Below are positions 60,027-64,000 of a stretch of DNA of 64,000 nucleotides, piece after piece. Within the stretch, counting starts at the first letter, position 1. Each line of letters opens with the position of its first letter. The stretch is taken from NCBI RefSeq assembly GCF_963921235.1, contig NC_086098.1, positions 6,944,001 through 7,008,000 of the forward strand. Reading direction: 5' to 3'. The position numbers and the translations under genes are program-made. The notes below the pieces were generated by a model, which saw nothing but the letters and a program-made list of their open reading frames with translations, was not told the DNA's origin and did no database searches. Source of the stretch: Mobula hypostoma (lineage: Eukaryota).

Positions 60027-60129
60027 TTTAGTAGAACATGTTGACAACACTGGAGATCTGACTGAACACAATCATCGCCTTCTTAACAATGTTACTAAAA
60101 CATTTGGGGTTGATTTCCTTAATGGAGAA

Positions 60130-60585
60130 TACCTGTCTGTTTAACGTGGGGAGCCTGATGCCCGGGGCAGCCACCTTGACAGATCAGGGTCAGGGTCCAG
60201 TGACATGGAACGCAAGACGACTAGGGAATCTTCACTGCTGCTGCTTCCTCTACCTTCACTGTCGTTGTGATGTGTCATCATCTTCTACCAGTTCCACCAT
60301 TGATGTCTTGTTTTGATCGCTCTTCATTGGAACCTTCACCTTGACCTTATGGGCTTGGGTCACCCTACCAGGAGCTAAGTCTCAGATAGTATCACTCAAA
60401 GGATCTCAGGAACTCATAAAACTGGGTGACAATCCTTGGAGAAGATCTGATATGGTACACTCATTAGACCTTCCCACTGTGGGTGACCCAAATGAGAGCC
60501 AAGCGCCAGATGGCATCACTCCTTGGATTTCAGCAACTCAGAAGCCTCTCCACCATGTCGCAGTGACAATCCTCAGAGAAGACTG
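60130..60585 (-). mobile_element. RTE 5'-UTR-like non-coding element with duplicated head
   Basis: Minus-strand ggattgtcac...ggagaggctt...ctcctggtagggtgacccaa resembles RTE 5' leaders (recalled). The head is present twice (60340-60445, 60466-60585). Confidence 0.5.
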
Positions 60586-61346
60586 AAACGATTACACTTA
60601 AATACCTGATTTTGGAGATGCTTCGGATTAATTAGATTCTGTATCTGTATGCTCAGCATGCACCAATGGTGCTAAGTGTATATACCCTTGACACCCTCAG
60701 CGGTGAATGAAAAAGCACAAAATACCAGAAGGGCAAAGGCTTTAACAATATTTTCATAATAACTTGATTTTTAAACAAGATGCTGGAAATGGTATTTTCT
60801 TCTGGGAAGTGTCAGTCATAATGTTCCTCAGGGAGAAAATTTAATCTTTCCTTGTTTTAAAATAGTAGCATTGTGCAGCAAAATCTGCTTGGGAATCCTG
60901 GCTGATTACCTTCGTAAAAGGCTTCAATAGTAGGCATTGTTTTATCCGTTAACATGTCCAAAGGCAACAGAAAGTAGGTCCCTCCAGGTTATTTATTTAG
61001 AGAAACAGCACAAAACAGTCCCTTTTGGCCGAGCTGTACTACCCATTCAACAGTAGCCTAATCACAGGAACATTTACAATGACCAATTAACTTACTAGTC
61101 TGAATGTCTTTGGACTGTGGGAGGAGACTGGAGCACCCAGAGGAAACTGGCATGATTCTCGGGGAGAACAAGGTCATGCCTCCTGGCCTCCATCAGGAAG
61201 GAGCTGCACACTCAAAGATTCAGGAACAGCTTCTTCCTCCCCTTTGCCATCCGATTTCTGAATGGACTTTGAATCCATGAACACTACCTCACAACTGTTT
61301 TATTTTTATTTTTGCACTATTTATTTAATCTAACTATTATATAGGA

Positions 61347-61590
61347 AAGGTATGTCACATCCAGAGTTTCTCCGGTTAGCCGACGATTTCCCTCCATGCC
61401 TCTCTGACGTAGTGCGGAACTGTGTATGAGGCAAGTTATAGCAGTGGTTTGCCATTGCCTTCTGCCCAGTGAGTTTCTAAAGCTCGTAACCCAGCACGGA
61501 TGGAAAGCGTGCAGGGGAGCCGGCTGGATTCGAACTTGGGACCTTTTGTCCCAAAGTCCAACGCTGATGCCACTACGCCACCAGTCGGGT
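61347..61590 (-). mobile_element. tRNA-derived SINE with RTE-derived body; second copy at ~61880-62070
   Basis: A box TGGCGTAGTGG, B box GTTCGAATCC, and RTE-type motif AGGCAATGGCAAACCACT. Confidence 0.8.
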
Positions 61591-62737
61591 CAACTATTAT
61601 ATACTTACCGTAATTCACCGTTTTTAAAAAAATCCCCATTATTATGTACTGCTGCCGCAAAGACGACAGATCTCACAACGTATGCCAGTGATATTAAACC
61701 TGATTCTGATTCTGATTTTAAAAAAAGCTCCCTATGGACAGTGGCAGGAATTGAACTGGGGCTGCTGGTGCGGTTTTAGCGTGACACCAGCTGCTATGCT
61801 ACTGTACCGTCCAGTTAGAAATAAAGATTCAAAGTTATATAAATGACAAACGTGTTTTGTATTTTACTTAGAAGCATAATTTCCTCTCCACACCTCATCT
61901 GATGCATTGGGCAGCAAACTTCCCATTTCTTCAGTGTTTGTCTCTTTTGCAAGACTGAGTTGGCTTGACACTCAACCCAGCACTGGTGGAACTTGTGTAA
62001 GGAGCCAGCTAGATTCGAACTCAGGACGTCTTGCTCCAAAGTCCAGTGCAGATGCCACTACACCACTGGCACAGACTTAGAAGCATTAAGAATCCATACA
62101 GTGCGCAAACATGATCCCAATTCCCTTGACATTTATAAAAAAAGGTAAAGAAGTGTTTGACAAAAAAGCAAATCTTCCCAGATCTGCCTCAGCTGGATTC
62201 TCCCTTATGCTACAAATGAAACATTTTTTCCCCATGAGGGCCATCTTTTACCTTTTAAATGAGGCTGACAATTTATTGTCAATTAGCGCCCAAATAGAAG
62301 CACTTTCTGATCATAAACTTAAATCTAGTAGCTTCCCTTAAGGATATTAAAGTGTGGATTATTGATTTCATCAGTTTGAGTCGGATTCAAATCGTACCAA
62401 CACCATTGTATGTTCAGTGGTCTGAGCTACACTAAAGCTCAGTTAAAATATAATTAACGCAATTAAGTTATTGCTACAATCTATCTAGCTTTATACATTC
62501 AAACCGCTGAGATGACCATTGTGCCGAGCTGACTTGGAGAGGTCGAGAACAGCTTTCCTGGCAGTGAAATATAGGCCCGAAGCAAATTGCTGCAGCAGGG
62601 CCTGGTCCTAGTGTGAGGTTCAGGGGCAACTTAAACACCAGCCCAGCTAGACCATCTCCAATTTCTGCTAATTTTTCCCTTTCCCCTTCCTTCTTTTTCA
62701 ATTGTCCACTCTAGCCTCTTCTCCTCACCTGCCTATC

Positions 62738-63720
62738 AAAGTGCATTTATTACCAAAGAATGGATAACTTATACAACCTTGAGATTTGCTTGCTTACTGG
62801 TAGCCACAAAGCAAGGAACCCAAAAGAATTCAGTTTAAAAAACAATAAGACCAACTCCCAGGGCTCCCAGAGAAAGAGAAAAAGACACAAAACATATCAT
62901 GCAAACAATAGAAGAGAGCAACAACAACATTTCAAACCAAATTGAGTCCTGAGATCCAAATCCCCGGAGTTGCTCAGAGTAGGCCCAAAGCCTCAGTATT
63001 CAGTTCATCATATTGGCGAGGTAAGTCGCCACAAAGTTCTCAGACAGGAAGCAGAGCAGCCGGGGCAGCCTTGGTGTTGTGGAGAGAGGAGCCCCCAGAC
63101 TAGCTGGGCTGGTGTTTAAGTTGTCCCTGAACCTCGCACTAGGACCAGGTCCTGCTGCAGCAATTTGCTTCGGGCCTATATTTCACTGCCAGAAAAGCTG
63201 TTCTCGACCTCTCCAAGTCAGTTCGGCACCCAGAGCAATTGAACATCACCCAACACACTGCCTTCCAGTCTATCTGGGCTGCCATTTAAATTATCCAAAT
63301 AGTGTATTGTTTTCTCGCATTAGGACCAGGCCACACCATGGCAAATCACTCCAGGCCTAGAACACACTAGCCAGCAATTTGCTTCAGACCCGGATTTCAC
63401 TGCAGAAGAAGCCATTCTTGACCTCACCAAATCGGCTCGGCGATCCACCCTCACAGCCGGGCCAGATGGACAGGCAGCGGAACCCCACTGTCCTGTCTTC
63501 TCCCCTCCGAGTCATTCACTCCAACCAGCAAAGATCCGACTCCCAAGTGCTTCGATTTTGCTGCGCACCAGAAGGGCACATCTTGCGAATTTGCTTTGTC
63601 CTCAGTCGCCTCTTCATTCTTTGATAGTTTATCATGATTTACTTCAAAAAATGTGTTATTAATAATGCTTTCAATTGAATTTCTTCGCACGTCTTCGGTA
63701 GTGCCATCTTAAACTGGAAG
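62738..63720 (-). mobile_element. ORF-less retroposon (YY1-motif head, Rex1-type tail)
   Basis: Head CTTCCAGTTTAAGATGGCAC; tail homologous to 14-200 and 20120-20345; internal diverged repeat (63140-63230 vs 63320-63440). Confidence 0.65.
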
Positions 63721-63724
63721 TCCT

Positions 63725-64000
63725 CCCCTCAATGTAGATCCCCTCATCTTTCCCCTTCTCCCATGATCCACTCTCCCCTCTGATCAGATTCCTTCCTCTC
63801 CAGCCCCAAACCCTTTGCATCCATCGCCTCTCAGATTCTTACTTCAACCCTTCTCTCCCACCCAGCTGGCTTCACCTATCACCTCCTAGTTTGTCTTCCT
63901 TCTACTCCCTCACACCCATCTCCTAATTCTGGTTTCTTCACCTTTCCTTTCCAATCTTGATGAAGGGTCTCGGCCTGAAAAATCAACTGTTTATTCCCCT
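63725..64000 (+). mobile_element. Penelope tail with degenerate hammerhead
   Basis: Pyrimidine-rich tail, then ttgatgaagggtctcggcctgaaaaatcaactg. Confidence 0.75.

Noticed and set aside
61520..61590. tRNA gene (also 47870-47935 and 62005-62070)
   Set aside because: A and B boxes are present but continue into SINE bodies, and the cloverleaf is not intact.

Overview
This is 64 kb of repeat-dense, non-coding vertebrate DNA. The mix of HE1/V-domain SINEs, CR1, Rex1/Babar-type and Penelope elements points to a cartilaginous fish (ray or shark; inference). I found no host exon, rRNA, tRNA gene or CRISPR array. Essentially all recognisable ORFs are transposon remnants or minisatellite artefacts, so this is probably a large intron or gene desert. 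The largest elements are a near-full-length, frameshift-free RTE LINE with three point stops (48781-52473, -) and a 5'-truncated CR1 (12224-14630, +). Smaller elements include many Tc1/Tigger/hAT MITEs, a solo LTR, a non-autonomous Helitron with STPR-type 23-aa repeats, and two minisatellites born inside LINE remnants. The most notable observations are: (1) about 14 Penelope-tail minimal hammerhead loci, three forming fold-backs that invert at the ribozyme, one inserted as a single unit with its own target-site duplication (TSD); (2) several ORF-less 0.6-1 kb retroposon families with a YY1-motif head and LINE-type tail but no Pol III promoter; (3) a Tigger element that closely resembles mammalian MER2 but keeps transposase sequence; (4) a tRNA SINE resembling anthozoan SINEs; (5) Tc1 MITEs whose end is itself a complete mini-MITE; (6) an ETS/RUNX/CARE motif cluster in unique DNA. 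Family names come from recalled consensus motifs, not from database searches, and boundaries without a TSD are approximate.
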